In this document: piece by piece, positions 12,902 through 24,567 of the stretch
Position numbering within the stretch: position 1 is the stretch's first letter
How the letters are laid out: each line of letters starts with the position of its first letter
DNA from: Microthyrium microscopicum
Taxonomy: Eukaryota
DNA: 64,000 bases
Direction: 5' to 3'
Assembly: GCA_010405405.1 (NCBI GenBank)
Contig: MU004239.1
Location: 1,380,722-1,444,721, forward strand
Program-made: the position numbers and the translations under genes
The notes under the pieces: generated by a model
The model's database searches: none
What the model was told of the DNA's origin: nothing
The model's input: only the letters and a program-made list of their open reading frames with translations

Positions 12902-14210
12902 ATACTCATTATGAACAAGGTAGAAACAGTATCCAAACTGGTTTTAAGAGTCAGCGACCACGGAGAACTGGCGTTATGTGTATTTATTTCATGGCATTGT
13001 GTATATTCCTCATGGCGATATGCTTCTAGGGTTGCTGATAGTCGGTTGGCGATAGCTCAAGGGTCTGCATATACTGAAGGATACCCATACTCGTACATCA
13101 TTTTCTAAATTTAGGGATCATGCGTCTATCCTCATTGACTCTTGAGAACAAATGTGTGATGATACAGCTCGCCCGCTGTCGTTCGAAGCCAATGCACATT
13201 TGCCATAGTTCGAAATGACAGCTATAAAAACCTCAAGCTAACAGTGCAACAGCTAGCGCGATCTCACCATAATCACGGAACTCTGAGCCATACAGATGAA
13301 GCTTAAAAGGTTCTTCCGCATCCTCGGTGCGATGGGCTGGGGGCAAGATACCCGCCGAGGTGACGAGATCCCTTATTGGCTCAATCTGTGCGGCGAGGCT
13401 GCCAGCCTCATAAACGGACACTGGTCAATCCTTATCTTTTCCGCTTTCAACACCTGAATTTGCGACTCTATATGTAACAGTTCGTATTGATGTTACTGGC
13501 ATACTTGATGCCAATTGAATCATGTCCGCAAAAGATTCGGTCGACCCTGGAAGGTTCAGTGAATAATTGCGGCGAGGCTGAGAACCGTTGCGGACCTGAC
13601 TTCAGCGATAACAAACTCTCAGGGGCAATGGGTTCATGAAACAAAACTGTCCAATGCATTGTTTCTACACTCAGAGACGCATCACGATATTGAAACTGGG
13701 GCTGCTGACCAGGCGCGCGAGTATCCTTGAATAGCAACACGGGTATGAGATCTTGGAGTATGTGGTATATTTTATGGAGCATGATCACCCTGGGTATAAT
13801 GTGGCTGTACACATACAGCAGAAGAAGCGCTTCGAGTCTCAAGCTCTACGGTATCTGCTATCACAAGGTGATGTATTGGGCGAGAGCAGTTTCCACGGAG
13901 CGCATGATTCACAAGGATATACGACTGCTTAATGGCAGTGGCAAGCAGTGCAGAATGTTAGGCTCAAATCTTGCAATAGCATGAGCGATCTCATTCTATG
14001 GTCATTGCGCCAGATGATGGGAGCATTGAGAAGACTTGGTGATGCTGTTGGGTTATAAAATTAGACCAAATCTTCGATCAGTCCTGTAAGTCTCCTATCA
14101 TTTTTCAACCAAAACCAAGCAACTGCTCATATACAAACTCTTCCTATCTATCCTTTATCAAGTTATCTTTTTCATTTATCACGACAACGGACAATCATCT
14201 GTTGAAAATC

Positions 14211-16738
14211 ATGGCAGACCAAGAGGACTCTTTCCATCCAGCACTCGAAACTATGTCTCGTACAAACACAGACGGTATACCAAACAATAACAGCGGTTCC
14301 GGTCCAGTAGCTCTAGAGCAACTTCTATCAAAAGATCAAAGTACCATCCTAGGTGTCATCAGCGAGCTTCGACAGAACTATGGTGGCGAAGACTACACTG
14401 ACCTGCCTCAAATCATTGTCTGTGGTGATCAATCCTCTGGTAAGAGCTCGGTTTTGGAAGCAATTTCCCAGCTAGATTTCCCCCGAGACGGCGTACTATG
14501 CACCGTTTTCCCAACTGAGCTCACGATCAACCATCCCAACGCTTCCGAAAAACAAGAAGTTTGGATATTGTGGGCAGATGGCAGTGAGCCAACACAAATA
14601 GTACCCAAATCGGACATTCGGCAAAGTTTTGCAGAGACAATACAGCACGCCAAAGCAATCATAACTGAAAAACACGCTGGCCGACAAAATTCTTTCTTCA
14701 AAGACGTCCTGCAGATTCGCGTCAAGAACGAAGCATGGCCACCACTTACTCTCGTCGATCTACCAGGGCTCATTGCCAATCGAGACGATGGACAAAGCCG
14801 GGAAGCACCAGCTATCGTTCGAGAGATGATGTGGAGCTATATGAGAAAACCTGATACTATTATATTCGCTGTCGTTGCAGCAATGATCGATCCAGCCACC
14901 CAAGGAGTGCTTTCTATGGCCAAAGAATGTGATCCGAGAGGAGAACGGACTTTGGCAGTAATAACGAAACCAGACAGAATACAGATGGCAGATCCCTTGG
15001 AGAACAAATGGATCAGCACTGCCACTAGCTCTGAGCGATACAAGTTTGCTCACGGCTGGCATGTTGTTCGAAATCGTGGTCCTGATGATGTTGGCTCCAG
15101 CTTCGCAGAGAGAGATCTTGCAGAGGAGGAGTTCTTCGACACCCGAAATGCTTGGAAAGATAAGCTCGGTAGCTCCTGCCTGGGAGTTGATGCTCTTCGC
15201 ACGAAACTTGCCCGGATCCTGGAGACACGCATTCAAAACAGCCTGCCTGGAATTAGAACCACCATTTTCAGCAATCTTTTCAAATACGAAGCTCAACGTG
15301 AGGCCATGGGAGAGGCCCGTCCAACTAATGAGAACAAACTCAATTACCTTGTTCAAATTGCCGAGAAATTTCAAACGATTGTCGATCAAGCCTGTAATGG
15401 AACCTACGACCATACTTTCTTTAAAGTAAAAGGGGAAAGCGGACGAAGAAATCTTCGTGCAAATATCGTCAACCGCAACAAGGCCTTTGCTTATCGAATG
15501 AACAACCATGGACGACGATTTAATTGGAGGCTCAGCCAGCATGGAGCCGTTCCAATTCTGGATGATGGACTGCAAGATCTGTGTGTGCCACTACCTTATG
15601 AGCTTGAAGAAGAAAGCTACAAAGAAACTCTTCTGGAGATGATGCAGCAGACCCGAGGAAATGAACTGGATGGTATGTCGAATCCGGTACATGTCAAGAT
15701 GGCCTTCCAAGAGCAATGCGCCAACTGGGATGCAATTGCTAATGCTCATGTTGACTACGCACACCAATTGACCCTCACTTTCTTGGATCTTGCTGTATCT
15801 CATGTCACGGGAGATGCTCACATTACATCTCAAATTTACACGCAGATAATTGAGCCACGCATGGAAGAGAAACGAGCTATTCTCAAGAGCAAAGTCGAAG
15901 AACTATACTCCATATACAGAGACTTGTCACCTGCAACCCAGGACCCTGAGTGGATGTCCAAGGTGGGAGCTTTACGAGAGAAATACCTCGAAACCGGTGG
16001 CAAGCTTCTTGACCCAAGCGGATTTGTCATGGATGTCTTGATAATCTCCGAGATGTATTACCAGGTAAGACCTCCCTTCTTAGAACAGACTACTTCGCCA
16101 TCACGTACTGACTGATGTAGATTGCCCTAGCGCGCTTCGTAGACAACGTTGGCGCTTTAGCTATCGAGAATTGCCTCGTCCGAGACTTGAAGAAGATCTT
16201 TGATCCTATCCAGATCTACCGTCTAGCTCAAGAAAATCCTGAGAAGATCAACGACTTGGCGTCAGAATCTTATGAAACTGTTCACGAAAGACAAGTAGTC
16301 GAAAGACGGATCAAGAACCTGAAGAAGCAAAAGGACATCATCAGCCGCATCCGTATTCCTCACAGCATCACATCAGCTTCTCAAGCAGGATCATCCGTTC
16401 CGTTGATGAAGTTGTCCCCTCCGACTCCAGGTCCACAAGAACTTGCTCGCGGCTCTGGGTACCAAACTCCTGTGAGGTCACCGTCCCCAAATCAAGCATC
16501 ACCTGCTTCTAGCGACCGATCTTACTCTAGCTCACCAGCTCGAGATCATGATGGCCACTCTCGAGCGTCGTCTGCCACCTCCGTGGCTTCTGCATCTCCA
16601 GAGTATGGAAGCAAGGCTGCTGAGACTGCCACTATGGGTCTGTTTGGTTCTGGGAAACAATCTCCACAGAGATCGCCATCACGGGGGTTTAGGTCAAGTT
16701 TTGGATCTCGCTCAAAGCATGGCTCGCAAGGCGAGTAA
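14211..16738 (+). CDS. Dynamin-superfamily (Mx-like) large GTPase, about 823 aa, 2 exons (14211-16064, 16121-16738)
   Basis: LPQIIVCGDQSSGKSSVLEAI (G1), LTLVDLPG (G3), TKPD (G4), GWHVVRNR, and GED-like YYQIALARFVDNVGALAIENCL across intron 16065-16120. S/P-rich tail. Confidence 0.92.
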
Positions 16739-17040
16739 ACGCTGGCGAAATAGGCGATATGTTCACACACACAAAGACCAAAAGCGACTCTGATTCTGAG
16801 TTTTGAAATTGTCTACACTTCTCACGGTAACAAGGCGTTATAAGTATCATGATTTAGTATGAATGAACACGAACTTTTCACTGACAGCCATGAACAATGT
16901 GATCAATATAAATCTGCTTTATTTCATTTCTATCTATACTGAATCCCAACCCCGTTTCCACAGCCCAGCAGCATCGACAAGCACACCAGACCCAAGGATC
17001 TGACATGCTCGTCGACACTGTCGAGCTTCCAAGAGATCAT

Positions 17041-17661
17041 ATGGGTTCCATCAAGTGCCATGGGAGCCACCACACCCCATGGAGTTATCACGGACGATAA
17101 GGAGATGGCGGATAATTGAATGGCAGCCAAGTGATGCGGTGGACAATAGGTGATACGATGGGAGCCACCGCACCTGGAGTTGTCTCGGACGATTTCGGAC
17201 CAGGCTCAGACATCAATCCTAGAATTGTATGGGAACCATATGGTGCGCTGGGCAATACGTGATGCGATGGGAGACATCAGACCTGATTGAAATGTTGCGT
17301 TGATAGAGGCCAGCTCCGAGAATCCAGTCCTAGGTGGCAAGGATATGCAATCAGATGGGCGCCATGTGATGTGCTGGGCATTACGTGATGCGATGGGAGC
17401 CACCACACCTGTTTGGGATGTTGCGAACATCCAGCGCGTCCTCGAGATTCCCATCCTACTTACCGTCTGGTGGTAATAGGGCGGGAGCCAGATGACGCGC
17501 TGAGCAATAGATGATCGTCTGGGAGACATGTGATGCGATGGGAGCCAGCAAACCTGAAGAGACTTCTGGGGATTTTCAAGTCCAGCCCAAAGTCCAAGTC
17601 CTTGTGACTTGAGGGAGAGCTTTGGATGGGCAATACGTGATGCGATGGGAGCCAACGAGTC
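17041..17661. repeat. Nested degenerate repeat array: 5-6 blocks built from a 19-nt core (ACGTGATGCGATGGGAGCC) separated by 45-47-nt segments
   Basis: GTGATRCGATGGGAG(C/A)CA begins at about 17150, 17259, 17385, 17530 and 17637, with a partial copy near 17060. Three of the block lengths (61, 79, 98 nt) step by about 19 nt; a fourth is 64 nt. Confidence 0.9.
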
Positions 17662-19070
17662 CTTTGGGGTAGATCGGATTCGTTGAGTTCGTCACATCGG
17701 CCAGGGAGATTTGGTTTCCGGCGACGACAGGAGCCATAAAATTGCACAGATCATCACCCGGGAGATAGCGCAACATGATGGTGATGGTTTCCTGATCTGG
17801 ATAACACTGTTAGTTCGCGAACATTTGCAGCCTAGGAATAAGGCATATCTCACAGATTTTGCCAAGAGAAAAGGGCACAAGTCCTCCTGGAGTGAAGTCT
17901 TCGCTTTTCAGAACAGCCAAACCGGTGTCTCCTAAGATATTTTAGGCAATGGCGAGGATCTCCGTCTGAATGAAAATGTCAGTTCATATCTATTCATGGC
18001 AAGAAAGGACATATACCTCTTAGACTAGACGAAAGTCCCACCACCACAAACAGCCATCGCAAAGTGCATCGAAACAAGTGAACCAGCACCATATTTCTCA
18101 ACATCAAAGCAACGCGAGCCAAAAAGCCCAAACACAAAGAACAAAGAAGACTTCAAAAGTGATCTGGCAAAACCCACAAAGAGCGACGATTCAACAACCT
18201 TTATACCCTTCCAAAACGCCCCGACCATTCCAAAAAATCGCTCACCAGGGAGACGTCAGTCGGCGAAACCGCCTTCACATGATAGACGCAATAGCACTCA
18301 GCGGCTGATGCTTTGGAGCCTTTAACCAAAAGAGGCGTCGGAACGCCCCATTGTTCACAGAAACGTGGACTACTGAACAAAAACGTGAGCTAGTAGTTTT
18401 CTACCACCACCTACCAAAATGCCATCAACTCATTGGACAATTTGACGAGATTGATCACGTGGAGGGGACCGTGATACTCAATGTTAGCGGGTATTTTGGG
18501 CTGTTTGGGCTCACTATTGGCTGTGGTGGAAATATAAACGCCCCGGTGTTGCACAGAGTTGTGAAGTTTTCTGAGACGGGGGCTAGACTCAATGGGATCA
18601 AGGGAGGCCTTCACAGATCAGCGGCCTCTGCGTGATTTATGGACTGGACGGCGGAATTGGTGCCGGAGGCCGGGCGGGAAGGAAGCTGATGGAGGATGAT
18701 GGAAGTTGGTGGATTTATGGCAGACCTTGTGGATTTGGAATGGTGAGAGCAGCGAGTTGAGCTGAGGGAGATTGTTTTGGAGCTGGTCGATGATGATGGC
18801 CAGTATCCCATAAAGCGCTGGGAGATGCTGCATGGTCCATTTGACACGGTGTTGGCGATGTGAGACTTCAGCGACGAGCAAGAACAGATCCGCTGAGAAA
18901 CGCACATTGCAGGACTATGTTAACGAGCATCAATTCGAACGCCGGTGGAATACTGTTATAGGTCTTCACATATCTAGGCGCGTCGCAGCAGCAAGCGATA
19001 TCAAGGAGATAGATTTGGAAAGCATATGGACCATAATCGAGACCTTGATCTAACATGTCATTTCCCAACA
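17662..19070 (-). pseudogene. Probable decayed multi-exon gene or spliced non-coding unit
   Basis: Canonical minus-strand introns 17797-17853 (GTGAGA/ACTAAC/CAG) and 17966-18016 (GTATAT/ACTGAC/CAG). The spliced frame TEILAIA*NILGDTGLAVLKSEDF...GKIYQETITIMLRYLPG has an in-frame TAA at 17942-17944. Confidence 0.4.
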
Positions 19071-19210
19071 AACATTACGATCCGGCGTTTCGCACCCCTT
19101 TCGCCCAGCTATTAGACAGCAAACATTACTAGCAATCTCCTGAACAACGTTCCATTAGTCCCCTTGCAAAATAGTACAACCCGGCGTCGATTTGATGTTT
19201 TGGCGGCTGA

Positions 19211-21163
19211 TCAAATCAGCTTGAAGTACCGAAAAGCACAAATGCATAGGACGCAGAAGGTTGCGATCAATCCAACGATGCCGCCAAACCATGCCAAGCC
19301 ACCAGCGTCTTTGCCGGGCACGTTGACGTTCATACCAAACAAACCAGTCACAATATTCATGGGCACCAGAATTGTGGCGAGCAGAGTGACTTTTCCAAGA
19401 AGGCGATTGATGCGATTGCCACCTTCAATGTTGTCAACGTTGATTTGGGCCAAGAAGTTGGTATGCACTCGGGACAGGAGCTGCTCCGAATGGGACAAAT
19501 TGTCACGCATGGTGATAATATGGTCCTGGATATCGCTGAGATAGATACCCACATCGCCCGCAGGAGCAACGCTGAAGTTCTCGTTGCATCGCTTGGCGAA
19601 GCCCTTTACAACGTCGGATTTGGTGCCTAGCAGGCGCAGGAGAGTCATGACACCTTTTCGACATTCGCCAATGCGTCCGAGCACAGTGCGGGCGTCTTCA
19701 TCGCGAGAAGTGAAGACACAGTCCTCGATCGTATCGACGTCTGTCTCAATGTCCTGGATGGCAGGCATGAAACCATCGACGATGTCATCAATCAAGGCGT
19801 AACACATCCAGTCAGCAGAAATGGACATGTAGTCGCGCAGCTTGCTGATACGACGAAGCACGTTGCCAGCGTGCTGATGGGTCGAGTGCGAGAAAGTGAG
19901 CATACCAGTTCTGAAAACTACCGCGTAGACGTTGATAGGCTCCAGGTAGTTTTCCTTGTCAGCCTTGTTGTTATCGAAAGAGCGGAAAGCCAAGAAGTAG
20001 TAATGCTTGAACAATTCTACCTTCTCGCGAGACTCCTGGGTATTGATATCCTCCCGAGTCAAGGGATGGACACCAAACGCTTTGCAAAGGACGTTGACCT
20101 CATCCTCGGAGGGACTAGTGACGTCCAACCACCAGACACCGTCTTCTTCATCATGCACAGAAAAGAGATCCTTGAAAGTCTCGTCTTCTCCCAGTAGACC
20201 ACCCAGGCTGGTGGCGTGAATTGTTTCTTCACCTTCTGTAGTGAAGAAGGTATAGAAGGGTTGGGTTTTCCCGGTGCCTGATGCGCCCATACGAGCATCA
20301 TGTTTGGCCTTTTCCAGCTCGGCAAAATCATCATTGTCATCTTGCGGCTTGATAAGCGGAGATGGCAAGGCGATTGGTCCTTCCTTGTCATCCGACTCCA
20401 ATGGAATTGTCAGTGGTGTTGTCGGGACCGTAATACCTCCTGGAACATCAGCCTCTGCCTCGGCCACAAATTCTTCCAGTTCTTCGAAATCGATATCAGG
20501 CTCGGATTCCATATGCTCAGACTGTGGATAGCAAACGTCCTTCTCAGCCGAAGAATCCGTGGAGTCACTCTCGTTCTCACCAGTCACCGACCCTTCGGTA
20601 AAGGTCAATCGACGACGTGGAAGACCCTCTGCAGAGCTAGCAGCAGGAACTGGTCGTTCACCCGTGTTTGCCGTGTTGCTACGATGGCGACGGCGACGCT
20701 CAGCGAAAGCATGGATTGAAGTGGGCGGCGAAGGAGATGAGTCTCCTGATGAAGAAGATTCGCGCGATCTATTGCGACGAGCTCGGCGATGTGCGCGTCG
20801 TCGTCCTGCAGGCATACTCAAACTTGCCTGTCGAGCTTCTCCGCCATCCGTGACAATAGAAGCGTTGTCATCCACGATCGCATTTTCGAAGTCCCGAGCA
20901 ATGGTTCCGCCTTCCAAGATGCTGGGCTCTGGTAGTTCCGGACGCGCGCTTCCCTGGCTCAGGGCAGTACCCCGACGAGTGCGAGAGCTGGATCCACCAT
21001 GTCGATGGGGAACAGACAGCTGTTGGCGATGATCGTCCAGATCCATGTCAATCAAATTGCCAGTAGCATTGCCTGGGCTGACTGGCGAAACAGCCTCGTT
21101 CTCCTCCCGGACGTTCTCAGCAAGGTGGAGTGCCAACTGGTTAGACTGGTTATAAGAAGACAT
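19211..21163 (-). CDS. ALR1: CorA-family Mg2+ transporter (Alr1-like)
   Basis: WWLDV, FGVHPLTREDI, REKVELFKHYYF, ALIDDIVDGF, and GLFGMNV (GMN motif) followed by a second TM helix. Single 650-aa ORF. Confidence 0.92.
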   Translation of the reverse strand: MSSYNQSNQLALHLAENVREENEAVSPVSPGNATGNLIDMDLDDHRQQLSVPHRHGGSSSRTRRGTALSQGSARPELPEPSILEGGTIARDFENAIVDDNASIVTDGGEARQASLSMPAGRRRAHRRARRNRSRESSSSGDSSPSPPTSIHAFAERRRRHRSNTANTGERPVPAASSAEGLPRRRLTFTEGSVTGENESDSTDSSAEKDVCYPQSEHMESEPDIDFEELEEFVAEAEADVPGGITVPTTPLTIPLESDDKEGPIALPSPLIKPQDDNDDFAELEKAKHDARMGASGTGKTQPFYTFFTTEGEETIHATSLGGLLGEDETFKDLFSVHDEEDGVWWLDVTSPSEDEVNVLCKAFGVHPLTREDINTQESREKVELFKHYYFLAFRSFDNNKADKENYLEPINVYAVVFRTGMLTFSHSTHQHAGNVLRRISKLRDYMSISADWMCYALIDDIVDGFMPAIQDIETDVDTIEDCVFTSRDEDARTVLGRIGECRKGVMTLLRLLGTKSDVVKGFAKRCNENFSVAPAGDVGIYLSDIQDHIITMRDNLSHSEQLLSRVHTNFLAQINVDNIEGGNRINRLLGKVTLLATILVPMNIVTGLFGMNVNVPGKDAGGLAWFGGIVGLIATFCVLCICAFRYFKLI

Positions 21164-21654
21164 TGCGACTGATCTTCTTCGGATTATTTTTCTGTTGTGT
21201 TCTTTTTTATTTTTCGGAGTTGTAACAACCTCGATTCGGCAAGTCGCTTGTGAGCGCCCACCTCGTTAGTTGTTCAACTTGATATCGAGGCCTCGCGTAG
21301 GGAATCGCCCTACACTTAGCCTTGTGTGAAGTGTCGACCAAAAATTGTCGGTCGATAAGCCAGATTGGAAAATGGTAGCCTTGGTATTTATAATTCAGTA
21401 ATTGTGTTGTGGGACGTAAAGCGATCGGAACAATTAAGGAGGCTGATAGTCGCCTCCTTTAACCCAGCACTGCGGGCCTAGAAGAGGGTGGGGGAGGGAG
21501 AAATGGAGTCGAGCCAGCTTCGCCAACTTGGTGGTTTAAGGGGATAGGACACCGAAGCGTCAAGTTGCTGAGGAATCCGCGAATTTTTGCGGACGGAAGC
21601 GCAAGATGATAATGAGGACGATGGAGGAATCCAAGATCCAGAAAAGGGGAGTGT

Positions 21655-21715
21655 CTGCGGTGAAGAATGTTAGACTGTTGTGATGCAGTCAGGAGTAGCG
21701 GGTGTTTGGAAGTAC
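21655..21715 (-). other. Putative 5'-UTR intron of the CorA gene
   Basis: CAG|GTACTT donor, TCTAAC branch site and CGCAG acceptor; 61 nt, about 490 nt upstream of the ATG. Confidence 0.55.
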
Positions 21716-22953
21716 CTGATTCAAGACAAGGAGCTGAAGTGGATATATAACCACGACTGACAGTACTGAGACTTATTAATTTCGATTAGACGAGCGTCTT
21801 TGGCGATGGCTGCTGATGCAGAGAGTGAGTCAACAAAGGTTTGTTATTCCGTAGAATGGGTGGTGGTGGAGAAGAAGAGGCAAAGAAAAAGATTGGAGGC
21901 CAAGGACTTTTTAAAAGCGGTGACAAGCTTTGACAAGGAAAGAGCGACTGAAGCGTGGCCAGGGAGTCAGGGACTGGTCCGCTCCTGCCCAGACAATCGC
22001 CGGAACTGTCCGAAGCTAAGCTGCAATCCCTGCACCTTTTCTTGCCTCAAGACTTCAACATTTTTCTCTCGAAAATTAAAATTCTGCTTTTGATTTTGAT
22101 CCATCAATGACTGTCTCGAATTCTCAGTTCTGTTCCAAGGCCAGCCTTCTCAAAGGCGAAACCGGATACTGATGCGGCTGACATGCACGAGACAGGGTAG
22201 CTGTCATCGCCTGCATACGCTCTGCTCAATCCGACCCATGCCTGCGACCAGCATCGTGCCTGGTGAGCGGTCCGATGCCTACTCTAGAGTACGTCGTCAA
22301 CTCCCAGACGCCAAAATGCATCGAGTCTCTTCCTCGGCATTGCAAAGTAATGACCTAAAGCTTCCCAAAAGCTGGTTCCATTCGCCAATCCATGTCCAGA
22401 CTGTTGGTAGCTCCTAGTCGATCCATGGTTGTAACTCCACAAACAATATCCCGCTATTCTAGACCTCGTTCCTTTGTTCCTTGAAGCTCAATCTATCTGT
22501 GGAACTGGTACCGACGTCAGCTCCTCTTGTGTGAATCGGGCAGGGAAAGCTGCGAGCCCGCGACATCTACCATGTTCAATTGATATCGCGTAGATTTATC
22601 TTGAGTTACCAATATTGGGACCGAGGTTCGTTCTATCAGCGCCAATTAGAGCTTAATGTCTTGATCTCTTGGATTGACCCTGTTCAACCATGAAACCGCA
22701 ACTTCCAAGATCTGATAGAGCCGCATCTGTCCAAAAAACTTGGCTTTGCGGCCTCTAGCTTGATTTGGACTAGCGCATCTTGGCTTTCTTAGCTCACCTT
22801 TCCAACGATGTGGCATCTGCAGCAAATGCTAACCGTAGTCCATCAACCATCGCCAATTCCTCCACAATAATCCGACCAACTCGACCCTATCCACAGGCTA
22901 CCTCCTTGCACACTTACAGCCTTACTGCGCTGTGAGATCATATCGCATTCACC

Positions 22954-23372
22954 ATGGACGAAATTCTCGATCAAGCGCGCGACATAGTCGAAGCTCCTAT
23001 CGTACGCAACCTGTCCCCGCTAGCCAGACGACCGGATCTGACCTACTCTTTTAGGACTTTCAAGGCCAGAAACTGGCTGTTCTTGTAAATTATGGCGCCA
23101 TGAGTGCCTTTGGCGTACGTCAACACCCTATTATTTGATACCGTATGCGATGCCGTGGACGGGGGCTAACGCATTCACAGGTTGCGTCCTTCCTGACGGG
23201 ACTGACGACGTCCAACGTCTACTATGCGCTATACGTCGGCCTGGCAGGACTCGTTGTCACTATGCTCGCTGTGGTGCCGCCGTGGCCCATGTATAATCGG
23301 ACACCAGTCAAGTGGTTACCATCGCGGAAGGCAACCATGTGGGTTACGGATGAACAGAAGAAGAGTTCGTAG
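22954..23372 (+). CDS. SPC1: Signal peptidase complex 12 kDa subunit, 3 exons (22954-23001, 23055-23114, 23181-23372)
   Basis: IDFQGQKLA and VVPPWPMYNRTPVKWL motifs, two TM segments, canonical introns. Confidence 0.92.
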
Positions 23373-23755
23373 GCCGAGGCATTGAGAAGAATGATCAGCG
23401 GAATGCAGGAATACAACGGTGGTATACACTGGCGAGGCTGGGTCGTAAGAAGAACTGGTTGTCTGATATCATGATGAGGGGTATGAGATATGTGTCATCA
23501 GGAAGATGACCAATACGTTGGCCAAGATCATTATTGCACTGGCGTTATAGCATTGCGAAAAGAGCAAGCATGAATGTTTGAGTATCTTCTATAAGTCATT
23601 GTAACGAATAGCAATTAATGCTTTTACAACGGTCTAACACAACGAAAGTCGAAGGAAGTAATAATACACAAACCCGACCCATTCTGTAATAATTCCTGGT
23701 AATCTTGCGCCTTCCAATGCAAATCTGGTGATTGTTTTATCCTTTCTCTTTAATC

Positions 23756-24567
23756 CTACAATGCCCCATCTGCCGGCAAATCAGCCACCGGCGGCACCGC
23801 AAACTCCTGCCTCGCATCATCCGTCTCCACCCTCTCCTCAACCGGCGCATTCTCCCAAAGCCGTATCCAGAACTGCGGTGGATCAAGTGGTCTGCTTCCA
23901 CCATGGACTGGTGGATAGATGTCGTTGAAGTAATACCAAACTGCCATCACCCATTAGCAAGTAGTCCCAAGTCTCATCTGTAAACCAAGAACCTACCATG
24001 ACCAACAATAACCCCACAAATCTCATCCTTCGGCACAATCCCATGCATAACAAAACTAAACCCCATAAGCACCCAAGGCAACCACGGCGCCCTGAACGTC
24101 AGTAGCCCCAAAAAGCTCAACATCGCATCCGGATTCCGCCTACTCCAAATATAAACCAACACACTGCTCAACGCCGTCCCCAAAAAGAAAATATGCAACA
24201 TCGGCGCCAAACAGCTCAAACTAACACCACAAAACACCAACAACCAACTAAACCGCGCCGGACTCCTCCCACTCGCCTCCTCAAGGAGCCGCGCATATCG
24301 TTGCAGGAAGAATACGTGGAATAGCAGATCGACACCCAGGGGGCCGAAGTAGAAGTAGGAGGATATTAGACGCCAGTATTGGCCTTTGTTGAAGATGGCG
24401 TTGAGGGAGTAGAACATGTTGAAGGGCGATATTACGTGGCATTGCACGAGCAGGGAGGTTAGGAGGACGCCGGTGGTCCAGTAGCGGGTGCAGGGGGGCA
24501 TTTCGTAGAACCATTGTTCGAGAGGGAATTGGGCGGCTATTCCGCCTGGGTTGTTGAAGTCGGCCAT
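23756..24567 (-). CDS. DER1: Derlin (ERAD rhomboid pseudoprotease, Der1/Derlin-2-like), 2 exons (24567-23997, 23940-23756)
   Basis: MPPCTRYW, QYWRL, RYARLLEE, YIWSRRNP, APWLPW and GIVGH-like GVIVGHVWYYF across intron 23941-23996. Confidence 0.9.

Noticed and set aside
17206..17655. 149-aa repeat-protein ORF (APIASRIAQ repeats)
   Set aside because: Unit spacings (109, 126, 145, 107) mostly are not multiples of 3 and vary by about 19 nt. The ORF has a non-ATG start and its openness looks incidental.
17041..17661. CRISPR array
   Set aside because: Eukaryotic context, no cas genes, degenerate repeats of variable length, and the spacers resemble each other (for example GAGAATCCAGTCC vs GAGATTCCCATCC).
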